41,596 nt of DNA, from NCBI GenBank assembly GCA_045656325.1, contig JAZOQX010000080.1, positions 1-41,596 of the forward strand. The letters run 5' to 3'. The notes beneath the pieces are model-generated. The model saw nothing but the letters and a program-made list of their open reading frames with translations. It searched no databases and was not told the DNA's origin. Numbering within the stretch: the first letter of the stretch is position 1; the number at the start of each line of letters is the position of its first letter. A program made the translations under genes and the position numbers. The stretch is from Eubacteriales bacterium. Its GTDB lineage: Bacteria > Bacillota > Clostridia > Oscillospirales > CAG-272. Below are positions 27,047 through 36,423 of this stretch, piece after piece.

Positions 27047-27781
27047 ATGAAAGAAACCGTCTCTCTCCTCGGGATCCCCTTTCTTCCCATGACTGCCGAG
27101 GAATCCAGAAAAAAATTGACCGCATTGCTCGCCTCCCCCCCACCCGCAAGGAGGATCTATACCCCCAACGCCTCGATTCTTTGGAGCGCCTCCCGCTCCC
27201 CTTCTCTGTCACGACTGCTCCGACGGGGCGATCTGCTTCTCCCCGACGGCGCGGGCGTGATCCTTGCCGCCAAATGGAAAGGCACCCCGCTTCCCGATCG
27301 GATTACGGGCATCGACACGGCAGAGTGGCTTTTGCGATACGGAGAAAAAAAGGGCTTTTCCTTCTATTTTCTCGGGGGGAAGCCCCACACGGCGAATGCC
27401 GCCGCCAAGCGCTGGCAAAAGGAGCTCCCCAACCTCCGCGTGGCGGGATGCCATCACGGCTATTTTCAAAAATCGGGCAAGGAAAATCACCGTGTCCTTG
27501 CTCATATCCGACAAGCGAAGCCCGACGTTTTGTTCGTCTGCTTCGGCTTTCCCGAGCAGGAGAGATGGATTGACCGCTACGCCTCCTCCATCCCCTCCCT
27601 TCGTCTGGCTATGGGGCTGGGCGGCGCACTCGACGTTTGGTCGGGACGGCTGAAACGAGCGCCGAAGCCCATTCAGACCATGGGGCTCGAATGGCTCTGG
27701 CGAGCAATCCGAGAACCGAAACGGATCAAAAAACTAACCGCCTTACCCCGATTTTTCCTCGCCGTTGCACATGAGAGGTAG
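27047..27781 (+). CDS. WecB/TagA/CpsF glycosyltransferase
   Basis: TPNA, PDGAGV, RITGID, HHGYF, GFPEQE, GGALD, RAP...GLEWLWR..EPKR. Confidence 0.92.
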   Translation: MKETVSLLGIPFLPMTAEESRKKLTALLASPPPARRIYTPNASILWSASRSPSLSRLLRRGDLLLPDGAGVILAAKWKGTPLPDRITGIDTAEWLLRYGEKKGFSFYFLGGKPHTANAAAKRWQKELPNLRVAGCHHGYFQKSGKENHRVLAHIRQAKPDVLFVCFGFPEQERWIDRYASSIPSLRLAMGLGGALDVWSGRLKRAPKPIQTMGLEWLWRAIREPKRIKKLTALPRFFLAVAHER

Positions 27782-27813
27782 TAGCCCCTTTCAGCGATTT
27801 TGAAAGGAAACGG

Positions 27814-27842
27814 AAAAAGGGCTCTGCGGATGCAGAGCCCTT
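27814..27842 (-). terminator. Terminator of the large lipoprotein gene
   Basis: AAGGGCTCTGC-GGAT-GCAGAGCCCTT with T-run on the minus strand. Confidence 0.75.
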
Positions 27843-27862
27843 GGGTATCGATTCGGTTTTTC

Positions 27863-30800
27863 TCAATCGTGGTAGTATTCCAGTACCACTCCCATGCCCT
27901 TATAGTAGAGGGTAATGTAATCGCCATCATAGACGGTGTGTCCCTTGGGAGGCTTGGTATTCTTTGAAAGATAGAGCTTGTATCCATCAGAATAAGCCGT
28001 TCCTCCCTCGCTGGACTGGAAGACGGGAGCGCCGTTGGTATTCGTCACGTACGTGTCAACCACGGTGTTATTCGTCATATTCAAGCACGTATCGTCACCC
28101 TTAACGAAGGTTCCGTTAATATCCGAAGCCGTCATCATCTCGTCCATATTCACCATCACCAAATTGATGGTAGATACGTCCTGAATGAACTCCTGGCTCA
28201 CAAAGGATGCCTTTTCATCGATTCCTGTCTCGGAGGCGGTTCCGCTGACTGCCGTGTTCATCGACAAAATCTGAGTAGCCAACGCGCTCTGTCCCATTGC
28301 GACGAACCATGCCTCCTGACCCGTTACGTAGGAGTAAAGAGTCGATGCCGTGTCAACCTTCACGTCACAGCCGATCTTCGCGTTCGCATTATAGGATCGG
28401 TTGGCGTGTCTTGCCAAAATAACGGGACCTCCGCACTTGGCAAGGAAGGAATTTTCAATGTTGACCGCAAGAGACTTCGCCTCTTTCCAGGTGGTTTCAT
28501 CTCTGCCAAGCATTTCTTGGTAGTAGTTCTTGGTATAGAGATGGAGATGGTTCTGCCATGCGTTGTAGAACTTGACCTGATTCAGATTCAAGGAAGTATT
28601 TCCGCCCTCTACGTTCACGGAGATCATGAAGGCGTCAATGTTCACGTTGGTCAGATTGGAGGTATTGCAGCTCAAAAGGAATGCCTGAGAGCCTCGGATA
28701 TGTCTCTCGCTTGCGCTCTGGTCGTTGCTGTTGGGATCGTTGTCTCTCAATCCCAGATCGTTCACGTTAAACACGTAATCCGAATACGGAATGATGCCTT
28801 TTTCTTCATATTTGTCTTGCACCTCCAAATATTCCGCTTTGCTCTTTTCACCGATGACACGGAAAAGTGCCAAATCCGAGTAATCGTTGTTGTTGTTTCC
28901 GTAACCCTTATGAGCCACGCAAGGCAAATTGTAGGAATAGATGCTGTAATAATTTCCATGGATGGAGAAGGTCAATCCGCTCTCCTCGTTCAGGTATCGG
29001 TAAAATACACCCATGCTGTCGTAGAACGCCGTTTGATCCTCGCCGTCCTTCTCATAGTCTACCAAATAATCGTCAGGAATATCGTCCAGGGTAATGTCCA
29101 GATTGTTGTGAAGCACGAGAGACGCCAGCTTTGCGGGTCTTTCAACCTGCTTGGTCGCCAAAAACGCGTCCGCATAATCAGACTGGTACAAATTGCCCTC
29201 GGCTGTACCGTTCAGGTCGTACTTGGCGTTGGTCATAATGTTCAGCTCCCACGCCTCGTAGACGTTGTAGCCGTCCACGATCTTCACGGTATGAGACTTG
29301 GTAACGCTCGCCGCATCCGCGTAGCTGCTCTCGTCCTCGGGACGGATCTCCAAACGGAAGATTCTGTTTTGCGCAGCAGATTTGAACTGATAGGAATTGT
29401 TCGAGGAATTGAAGGTAACCACCTCCGTGCGCTTAGCTCCCGTCAGAAGCGTCTCCGCTCCGCTGCTCTGATCGACCTCGTACAGCGCCAGAGTAGTGGG
29501 AACGGTTCTTCCGTCCTTGTCGATGATGTTGTCGTTCTCATCCAGCATGATTACGTCAAGATAGAAATAGAAGGGGTTATCGTCACCGACGAGATAGTGG
29601 TTATCCTTGTCCGTAAAGTTCTTCATGTAGCTTTCACGGGCAACCAGTGAATCGGGCTTCATAACGCCGAAGATGATAGCGTCATCCTCGGTAGCCGCAG
29701 CCACCTCAATGGTACACGCAAAGGGAATGCCCTGATACGTACCTGTCAACTGCTTGGTACCTGCCGTGGAGGTATCCACGGAATTGATCTGCATATACGC
29801 ATCCCCTGCGATCGCGTAGATATAGGTTCCGTCGGTGTAAAGCACACAGATCTGAAGCTTCGAGGTATCCAGCTTATGTCCTACGGGTACTCGATCCTCG
29901 ACTCCTCCGACCACGCTCACGCTTTCCACACCCTTAACCAGAACTCTGACTGTCGTTGAATAGCCAAAATACGTAAAGGTAATCGACTTTTCTCCCGCCT
30001 TGGTGGTATTGAACTCCTCGGGCGTAATCATGAGATTGGGGTCGTCGGTACCAACCTCATAGACCTGATTGTTACTGCCGACCACCGTCAGCTTCATGTT
30101 CTCATAAAGCACGGTCGCTCCCTGCAGAACCGTTGCGGGAACGGTATTGTTTAAGCCGGAAACACTGACGATGGTGATCTGCGCCAGCTCCCTCGAGGCT
30201 TCTTTTCCCTCGTATTTTACCGTAAACTTGTTAGAACCCGCTGCGGTTCCCTCATAGGTCACACCCGTCAGAGAGGAGGCAGCCTTAATATCCTCTGTCC
30301 TATTGGTATAGGTAATCTTAATCATCAGATTCTGATAATTGACCGCCTGATTGGGCAACAGGAAGGAGGGGCATCCGCTAAAGATCTCGATCTTATCCAC
30401 CGCCTTGACGTGAACGGTATATTCATCCCCTGTATTGGAATAGCCAAGATAAGTAATCGTGAGCTTCTTGTCTCCTCCCTCGGAGGTATCGAAGGCGCCG
30501 AAGCTAACGTCGGTTGCGGTCACCTCACGATAGTCGGTATCCGTACCGTCGGAGAAGGTTACCAAAATCTTTGCTCCAGAGGTATTCAAGGCTTTTCCCT
30601 TATCCACAAGGTCGGGAATCGATTTGTCAAGAACCGTAAGCTTCGTAATGGGAAGCACCTTGATCTCAAAGGTTGCGGTCTTTTCTACGTCATCCTCCGT
30701 GTACTTCGCCGTCAGGATAACGGTCCCCACCACAGAGGTATCCCCTACGGTGAGGGTTGCCTCCTCCGTTACGACTCTGGAGGTATTGTTATTGTACCTT

Positions 30801-32407
30801 GCCGTTACGACCACACTGCCCGTCCCGTAGGTCTTGCCCACTCCGATAAAGGCAGGCGCTCCCGTAATTTCAATTCCCGTCAATTCTGCGGGGATCACGG
30901 GGATTTCCTTGGTAATGTCACCGTAAGCCACGGTAAGGATTCTGCCATCCTCCTGACTTGCGTTGACCTCTTCAATATTGGTAACGATGTCGTCCGAATC
31001 AAGCAGTACCCGAGTCGCGTTGGTATCGTTATAAATTCCGTAGACATTCATATGGCTGATATCAACAGGCTCGTCAACGTAGGTGATACGCACACCCTCA
31101 ACGCTGATGTTCACGATCTGACATACCTTGACCGTAAATTCGACGGTCTTATCAAGGTAGGTAAGCTTCAGCTTCTGCTCGCCTGCCGTGTTGCCGTCAA
31201 TCACGCCCTCAATGGTCAGGTCGGCATACGACTTGCTCTCAGAGGTACCGTCTGTATAAGTAACAGAGACCTGCATTTCATCGGCATCAAATTCCGATCC
31301 CTTCAGGATCTCGTTCTTGACACCGCCGATTACGGCAATGCTATCCACGCCCACCACGGTAATTTCCTCCGTGGTCTCCAGCTCGATCTTCACCGCTTCA
31401 TCGTAGGTGTAAGCAACCTTTAAGGACTGCTTGCCCGCAGTATCGGTGCTGATATTGGTTACGGTCAGCTTTTCTGCCGTCAGCACCTCCTTCTCACCGT
31501 CGCTATAGGTAAGTTCCGCCTGGATGCCGCTCACGTCCAGCGTTCCCTTTACCTTTACGGAGGTAGCGATGCTTCCCTTCAGAACGGCAATGGACACGGG
31601 AGCCACCACCTCGATCTCATGCTCTACGGTTACGCCAAGATAGGTAATCACCAGCGTCTTTTTCCCGTGTGTCGAGGTATCGACGGTACCGATCGTCAAT
31701 TCGGATGCGGCAACGTCCACGCGCCGTCCGTCAAGATACAGAACCGAAAGCACGAGGTCGGTCGTATTCGGAGTCTCACCAACAAAGAGCTTATCGACAA
31801 TCGTTCCCGCCTTTACGTTCATCACGGTAATATCCAGAACGGTAACGGTCATGGAATCGGTAAACGCTCCGTAGGTAACGGTGAGCGTCTTTTCTCCCGC
31901 CGTGGAGGTATCCACCTCAGATGCGGTCACCTCCTCCATGGGAAGCAGCTTCCTTGTATTGTCGCTATAAATTCCCTCGACCTGCAATCTGCTCAGATCC
32001 AAGGGCTTTGCCAGAATGGCGGCGGTATCCACCGTACCCGATACGATCTTGATGCCTGTCAGGGTTGCCTCAGGGGCTGCCGCCTCCTTCACGGTCAGAC
32101 TAAAGCTTGTCGTCTTTTCGGCATAGGTAACCGTTACGGTCTTTTTGCCTGCCGTAGAGGTATCTACGGCGCTGATCTGTACGTCGGCAAAGCCAACCAC
32201 CTTCGTCGTGTCGTCACTCATGGTGACGTTCACCTTCATGCCCGAGAAATCGGGAGTTGCGCCGACCACACACTCGGTAGGCACGCTTCCGACCACAACC
32301 TCGATGGATTTGACGGATAGCTCCTCCTCGTCCTGCCCGCCGCACGCGGTCACACAGAGCAATACCGCTAAAATCGATAAAATTAAAACCAATACTTTCG
32401 TTTTCAT
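27863..32407 (-). CDS. 1514-aa surface lipoprotein with ~11 bacterial Ig-like repeats and an uncharacterised C-terminal region
   Basis: Lipobox VTAC; recurring ~80-aa units with VDTSTAGxKTLTVTY-like motifs; non-repetitive ~600-aa C-terminus. Confidence 0.88.
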   Translation of the reverse strand: MKTKVLVLILSILAVLLCVTACGGQDEEELSVKSIEVVVGSVPTECVVGATPDFSGMKVNVTMSDDTTKVVGFADVQISAVDTSTAGKKTVTVTYAEKTTSFSLTVKEAAAPEATLTGIKIVSGTVDTAAILAKPLDLSRLQVEGIYSDNTRKLLPMEEVTASEVDTSTAGEKTLTVTYGAFTDSMTVTVLDITVMNVKAGTIVDKLFVGETPNTTDLVLSVLYLDGRRVDVAASELTIGTVDTSTHGKKTLVITYLGVTVEHEIEVVAPVSIAVLKGSIATSVKVKGTLDVSGIQAELTYSDGEKEVLTAEKLTVTNISTDTAGKQSLKVAYTYDEAVKIELETTEEITVVGVDSIAVIGGVKNEILKGSEFDADEMQVSVTYTDGTSESKSYADLTIEGVIDGNTAGEQKLKLTYLDKTVEFTVKVCQIVNISVEGVRITYVDEPVDISHMNVYGIYNDTNATRVLLDSDDIVTNIEEVNASQEDGRILTVAYGDITKEIPVIPAELTGIEITGAPAFIGVGKTYGTGSVVVTARYNNNTSRVVTEEATLTVGDTSVVGTVILTAKYTEDDVEKTATFEIKVLPITKLTVLDKSIPDLVDKGKALNTSGAKILVTFSDGTDTDYREVTATDVSFGAFDTSEGGDKKLTITYLGYSNTGDEYTVHVKAVDKIEIFSGCPSFLLPNQAVNYQNLMIKITYTNRTEDIKAASSLTGVTYEGTAAGSNKFTVKYEGKEASRELAQITIVSVSGLNNTVPATVLQGATVLYENMKLTVVGSNNQVYEVGTDDPNLMITPEEFNTTKAGEKSITFTYFGYSTTVRVLVKGVESVSVVGGVEDRVPVGHKLDTSKLQICVLYTDGTYIYAIAGDAYMQINSVDTSTAGTKQLTGTYQGIPFACTIEVAAATEDDAIIFGVMKPDSLVARESYMKNFTDKDNHYLVGDDNPFYFYLDVIMLDENDNIIDKDGRTVPTTLALYEVDQSSGAETLLTGAKRTEVVTFNSSNNSYQFKSAAQNRIFRLEIRPEDESSYADAASVTKSHTVKIVDGYNVYEAWELNIMTNAKYDLNGTAEGNLYQSDYADAFLATKQVERPAKLASLVLHNNLDITLDDIPDDYLVDYEKDGEDQTAFYDSMGVFYRYLNEESGLTFSIHGNYYSIYSYNLPCVAHKGYGNNNNDYSDLALFRVIGEKSKAEYLEVQDKYEEKGIIPYSDYVFNVNDLGLRDNDPNSNDQSASERHIRGSQAFLLSCNTSNLTNVNIDAFMISVNVEGGNTSLNLNQVKFYNAWQNHLHLYTKNYYQEMLGRDETTWKEAKSLAVNIENSFLAKCGGPVILARHANRSYNANAKIGCDVKVDTASTLYSYVTGQEAWFVAMGQSALATQILSMNTAVSGTASETGIDEKASFVSQEFIQDVSTINLVMVNMDEMMTASDINGTFVKGDDTCLNMTNNTVVDTYVTNTNGAPVFQSSEGGTAYSDGYKLYLSKNTKPPKGHTVYDGDYITLYYKGMGVVLEYYHD

Positions 32408-32834
32408 AATTTTTTCCTTTCAAGCAAGACATTTCAAATACAAAATGTCATCGTTGATTTTTCATTTTCGCTCTAATCCATTGTCAAAGCGAATCCCCTT
32501 GGATTCATTTGTTTTTTCGCGCTCATCTCCCTTCTCTCCATCTACGTACACTGTCATTTTCTTGATAACGTCCTTTTTGGTCTATAAGATACCATCGTGA
32601 TTATACCACATTTTATCCCCCCTCCACAATTCAATTTTAGCCTATTTTTTCTTCATTTTCTTTATTTTTCGATTTTTTCGGTGGATTTCAGCCCTTTTTC
32701 AACAGTCATTTTATCCATGCCGTTGCGGCAGAAAAGTGAAAAATAAAGAGTAAAAAAACAAAAAATCAGGAAATTATACGGTTGCGGAAAGACCTTTTTT
32801 AATCCTCGCGGCGGTGGCGTTTTTTTAACACGAC

Positions 32835-32863
32835 AAAAAAAGGCGGACGCAAGCGTCCGCCTT
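32835..32863 (-). terminator. Terminator of the HPr-like gene
   Basis: AAGGCGGACGC-AA-GCGTCCGCCTT with T-run on the minus strand. Confidence 0.8.
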
Positions 32864-32913
32864 GAATACTCTATGGAATTGCAGAGAAACCAGATGTGTA
32901 GTGGGGGACCGCG

Positions 32914-33162
32914 TCAGTTCTTCATGAACTTGCGGTACTCGTAATAATAGTCGTTGTCCATCACGATCCGAAGATCGTCCCAGTTCAATTTCTTTGCCAG
33001 AAGCACTCCGAGAAGGCTCTTGGCGTTGACGGCAAATTTGTTTCCGCTTTGCAGGGTGATCTGTCCCTTTAATTTGGTGGAAATGGAAACCAGCTCCTTT
33101 GCCTCTGCCATGGTATCGATCTCCACACGGTATACGTATTTCTTTACAATCTTTTCTGCCAT
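32914..33162 (-). CDS. HPr-family protein lacking the catalytic His
   Basis: 82 aa; VNAKSLLGV Ser46-type motif; no histidine in the protein; RBS AAGGAAG. Confidence 0.75.
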   Translation of the reverse strand: MAEKIVKKYVYRVEIDTMAEAKELVSISTKLKGQITLQSGNKFAVNAKSLLGVLLAKKLNWDDLRIVMDNDYYYEYRKFMKN

Positions 33163-33332
33163 TGTTTTACTCTTCCTTTCCGTTCCTTCGAATTTGCTTC
33201 AAAAGGAACTATCGGGTCTGATTTCCTCTGTTAGCACTATTTTACACAATAAATATGTCTAAAGTATGAACGATGCATAGATAGATTGTAACTTTGCACA
33301 AATCAATTTCGACACAAATGTGCAAAATAAAC

Positions 33333-33364
33333 AAAGCTGCAGAGAAAAAATGCTCTGCGGCTTT
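33333..33364 (-). terminator. Terminator of the EIIC-like gene
   Basis: AAAGCTGCAGAG-N8-CTCTGCGGCTTT. Confidence 0.6.
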
Positions 33365-33371
33365 ATTTTTG

Positions 33372-34490
33372 TCAAGAATCAAGCTGCATATCGCCTGTCT
33401 TGACCCAGCCGATATCTCGGAGAATTTCATTAAACAGGAAGGAAAGCGCCGCGGGAAGAACGATACAAACGGCAATCAATCCGAACCACATGAGAGCGTC
33501 GGGATTCTCGGTGGAATCGATGACACCGATGGGCCCCACCAAACCGCAGGTTCCCATACCTGCCGCCACGCCCTGACATTTCAGCTTAAAGACCATGGTG
33601 GAGATGGGACCCGTTACCGCAGCGGCAAGGGTGGGCGCGATCCAGATCGCGGGCTTTTTTACAATGTTGCCCATTTGAAGCATAGAGGTACCCAGACCCT
33701 GAGACACGATACCGCCCCATCCGTTCTCACGGAAGCTGATAACGGCAAAGCCCACCATCTGAGCACAGCAGCCCGCTACACAGGCGCCGCCAGCCAGCAA
33801 AAAGCCCTCGGCGGTTCCGTTCAGCGCGGCAACCTCATAGGCAGATGCCGAAAAAATCATGGCGCAGATCGCCGCGGAGGAGATGGGCAGCGTCAAAATC
33901 ACGCCCATGACCACCGACAAAACGATTCCCATAAGCAGGGGCTGGAAGGTGGTGGCATAGGATACGAACATACCGAGATAATACATTCCGTAGGAAATCA
34001 GCGGACAGAGCAGCCAGCTTGCCGCAAAGCCCACCACGAGTGTGACCACGGGGGTGACGAGGATATCCACCTTCGTCTTTTTCGATACGAGCTGTCCGAT
34101 CTCACAGGCAATAATCACCGCAAAGAACGCGCCTGCGGGACCCGCTCCGTAAAACACGCCCGAGCCGTCTCCTGCCGTTGCCGCCCATTTCAGAATCGAT
34201 CCGCCCTCGTTGGATACGATCGCGCCCATGGCGTTGGACATGGCTCCCACCGCGGCACAGGAAAACATTACCAGAGGGTGCGCTCCCAGACGGTGCGCGA
34301 TGGCGACACCGATCGCCATTCCCGTTGCCGCCTTGGCATAGCCCGCAATGGTGTTGAGAAATTCAAGCTCTGTGTACTTATAGACCGTTCCAAAGATGGT
34401 TCCGATCAGCAAGGACGCAAAAAGTCCCAGCGCCATGGCTCCCATGGCATCGATAAAATAACGTCTCAGATACTTTTTTACCGTTTCCAT
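33372..34490 (-). CDS. PfoR-like PTS EIIC-type membrane protein (PTS_EIIC_2)
   Basis: MALGLFASLLIGTI, GPAGAF, KVDILVTP, LTLPISSAAI, QGLGTSMLQ, GMGTCGLVGP. Confidence 0.85.
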   Translation of the reverse strand: METVKKYLRRYFIDAMGAMALGLFASLLIGTIFGTVYKYTELEFLNTIAGYAKAATGMAIGVAIAHRLGAHPLVMFSCAAVGAMSNAMGAIVSNEGGSILKWAATAGDGSGVFYGAGPAGAFFAVIIACEIGQLVSKKTKVDILVTPVVTLVVGFAASWLLCPLISYGMYYLGMFVSYATTFQPLLMGIVLSVVMGVILTLPISSAAICAMIFSASAYEVAALNGTAEGFLLAGGACVAGCCAQMVGFAVISFRENGWGGIVSQGLGTSMLQMGNIVKKPAIWIAPTLAAAVTGPISTMVFKLKCQGVAAGMGTCGLVGPIGVIDSTENPDALMWFGLIAVCIVLPAALSFLFNEILRDIGWVKTGDMQLDS

Positions 34491-34551
34491 TTGATTCTCC
34501 TTTTTTTTCGAGAAGGTTCCGATTTCCTCATCTTCTCTTTAATTGAGATAG

Positions 34552-34580
34552 ATTATAGCACAAAATATCGAATCTTGCAA
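34552..34580 (-). promoter_or_regulatory. Sigma-A promoter of the EIIC-like gene
   Basis: TTGCAA-17-TATAAT with TG. Confidence 0.7.
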
Positions 34581-34594
34581 GAGTTTGTTAAAGA

Positions 34595-35437
34595 TTAAAC
34601 AAACAAATTTACCACCAAAAAGGTCAAAAAACATAGCAAAATGCCCAAAACGGTTGGTAGAATTGCGGCAAGAAGCGCATAACGAAATCTACCCGACTCC
34701 CGCTTGATCGTCCAAAGGGCGGTGGCGCAGGGATAATGAAATAACATAAAGAAGCAAACCGAAAGAGCCGTGACCGCCGTCCACCCGTTTGAAGCCAGCA
34801 TCTCTCCCAGTGCCTCCATGCTCCCGTATTCCACCAGCCCCGACGAGGAGGTGTAGGTCATAAGGATTACGGGAAGAACGATCTCGTTTGCGGGAAGTGC
34901 CAGTAAAAAGCCGAGCAGAATCGCTCCGTCCATACAAAGCACCCTTGCCAAGGGATCCAAAAAGGATGCCAAATGGGAAAGCAGCGAAGCGTCACCGACA
35001 CGGCAATTGGCAAGGATCCAAAGAAGGAGTCCCGCAGGCGCCGCAACGCAGACCGCTCTGCCCAAAACGTGAAGGGTTCGGTCCAATACCGAACGCACAA
35101 GCACCTGCCCCACCTTTGGGATCCGATAGGGCGGAAGCTCTAAGGCAAAGGCAGACGGCTCTCCCCGAAGCAGGGTTTTGGACAAAAGCTTTGAGCAGGC
35201 AAAGGTTGCAAAAATCGACACAATTATCATAAAAGAAAGCGCCAAGGAAGCCCCAAAAGCTCCCCAAATCCCCTGTCCCGCAGCAAAAAACAGAGACGAA
35301 AGGGCAATCAAGGTGGGCAGTCTTCCGTTGCAGGGGACAAAGGCGTTGGTCAGCATGGCAATCAGCCGTTCGCGCCTGGAATCGACGATCCGACACCCCG
35401 TGACTCCCACGGCGTGACAGCCCAGCCCCATACACAT
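34595..35437 (-). pseudogene. feoB: 3' half of feoB (membrane/gate part only; GTPase domain and first TM part absent); split gene or remnant
   Basis: Starts at MCMGLGC; FVPCNGR, ELPPYR.P, PANEIV, FMLFHYPC, IKRESG motifs; open for 280 codons; no RBS; in-frame TAG 7 codons upstream. Confidence 0.85.
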
Positions 35438-35451
35438 GAAAAGAGAAAAAT

Positions 35452-36330
35452 TTACCTACTTTTTCTTCGTTGGGCGCGAAAAAAGATCTCCTCGTCAACC
35501 AAGGGCGTGTGTGTATTTTTCGTCACGATCCAATCCTCTTTTTTCCTCGCGTAGCTTCTCTCGCTCCGAAAGCTCGGCTTTCTGCTTTTTCCTTGAACGG
35601 TATTCCCAAGATAGACCTGATTTCTTAGGATTTTGCATACTCCGGATAAGGTCCAGCGTCTGCCAAGCCCTTCCTTTCCCTCCCGAATCCTACGGTGATC
35701 CAAGGGTACGGGAATCTTCCTTTTATTCAATTTTTCGACAATATAATTTGTCGATTCTCCCCTTGCCGCCATATGAAAAATCCATCGAACTGTCTCTGCT
35801 GCCGTCTCGTCGACGACCAGTCTGTTTTTGTTTTCCTCCGCCTTTACGTATCCGTAGGGCGGAAAGCTTCCTATGTACTGCCCGTCCCGCATCTTCGCAT
35901 AGAGGGAGGAGCGGATCTTTTTGGAAATATCCCTTGCGTACATCTCGTTGATGACGTGTCGAAAGGGCGCCATATCGTCCTCTCCCACCTCGGAATCGTA
36001 TCCGTCGTTGATTGCAATAAACCGCACATTTTTGCTCGGAAAATACTCCTCTGTCAGCTCTCCCGAGGCAAGATAATTTCTGCCGAGGCGCGAGAGGTCC
36101 TTGGTCAGAACCATATTGATCCGCCCCTCCTCAATATCCCGAAGCATTCGTAAAAAGGCGGGACGGTCGTAGGTCGTCCCGCTGTATCCGTCGTCCACGT
36201 ATTCCTCGACAACAGAAAATCCCCGTCCCTCGGCAAAGGATCGAAGTTGAAGTCTCTGCCCCTCGATCCCCGAACTTTCCCTCGCTCCGTCCTCCTTGGA
36301 TAACCTCATATAAAGCCCTGCGCGATACAC
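35452..36330 (-). CDS. Serine recombinase, catalytic + recombinase domains only (292 aa)
   Basis: Catalytic [41 protein letters not shown]; RBS GGGAGG before GTG; stops before any Zn-ribbon/coiled-coil. Confidence 0.92.
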   Translation of the reverse strand: MYRAGLYMRLSKEDGARESSGIEGQRLQLRSFAEGRGFSVVEEYVDDGYSGTTYDRPAFLRMLRDIEEGRINMVLTKDLSRLGRNYLASGELTEEYFPSKNVRFIAINDGYDSEVGEDDMAPFRHVINEMYARDISKKIRSSLYAKMRDGQYIGSFPPYGYVKAEENKNRLVVDETAAETVRWIFHMAARGESTNYIVEKLNKRKIPVPLDHRRIREGKEGLGRRWTLSGVCKILRNQVYLGNTVQGKSRKPSFRSERSYARKKEDWIVTKNTHTPLVDEEIFFRAQRRKSR

Positions 36331-36351
36331 AATAAATCCTCCCGTTTTCTA

Positions 36352-36393
36352 TTGACTTTTCTACAATTCTATTGTATAATATTATGTTGTCAA
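36352..36393. promoter_or_regulatory. Face-to-face promoters for aconitase and recombinase
   Basis: + TTGACT(36352)-17-TATAAT(36375); - TTGACA(36393-36388)-16-TAGAAT(36371-36366). Confidence 0.6.
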
Positions 36394-36423
36394 TACATTC
36401 TTGATTCCAAAGGAGTAAAAACT

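Noticed and set aside
32408-32600. Long leader of the Ig-repeat gene as a riboswitch
   Set aside because: No recognisable riboswitch consensus or terminator could be seen by eye.
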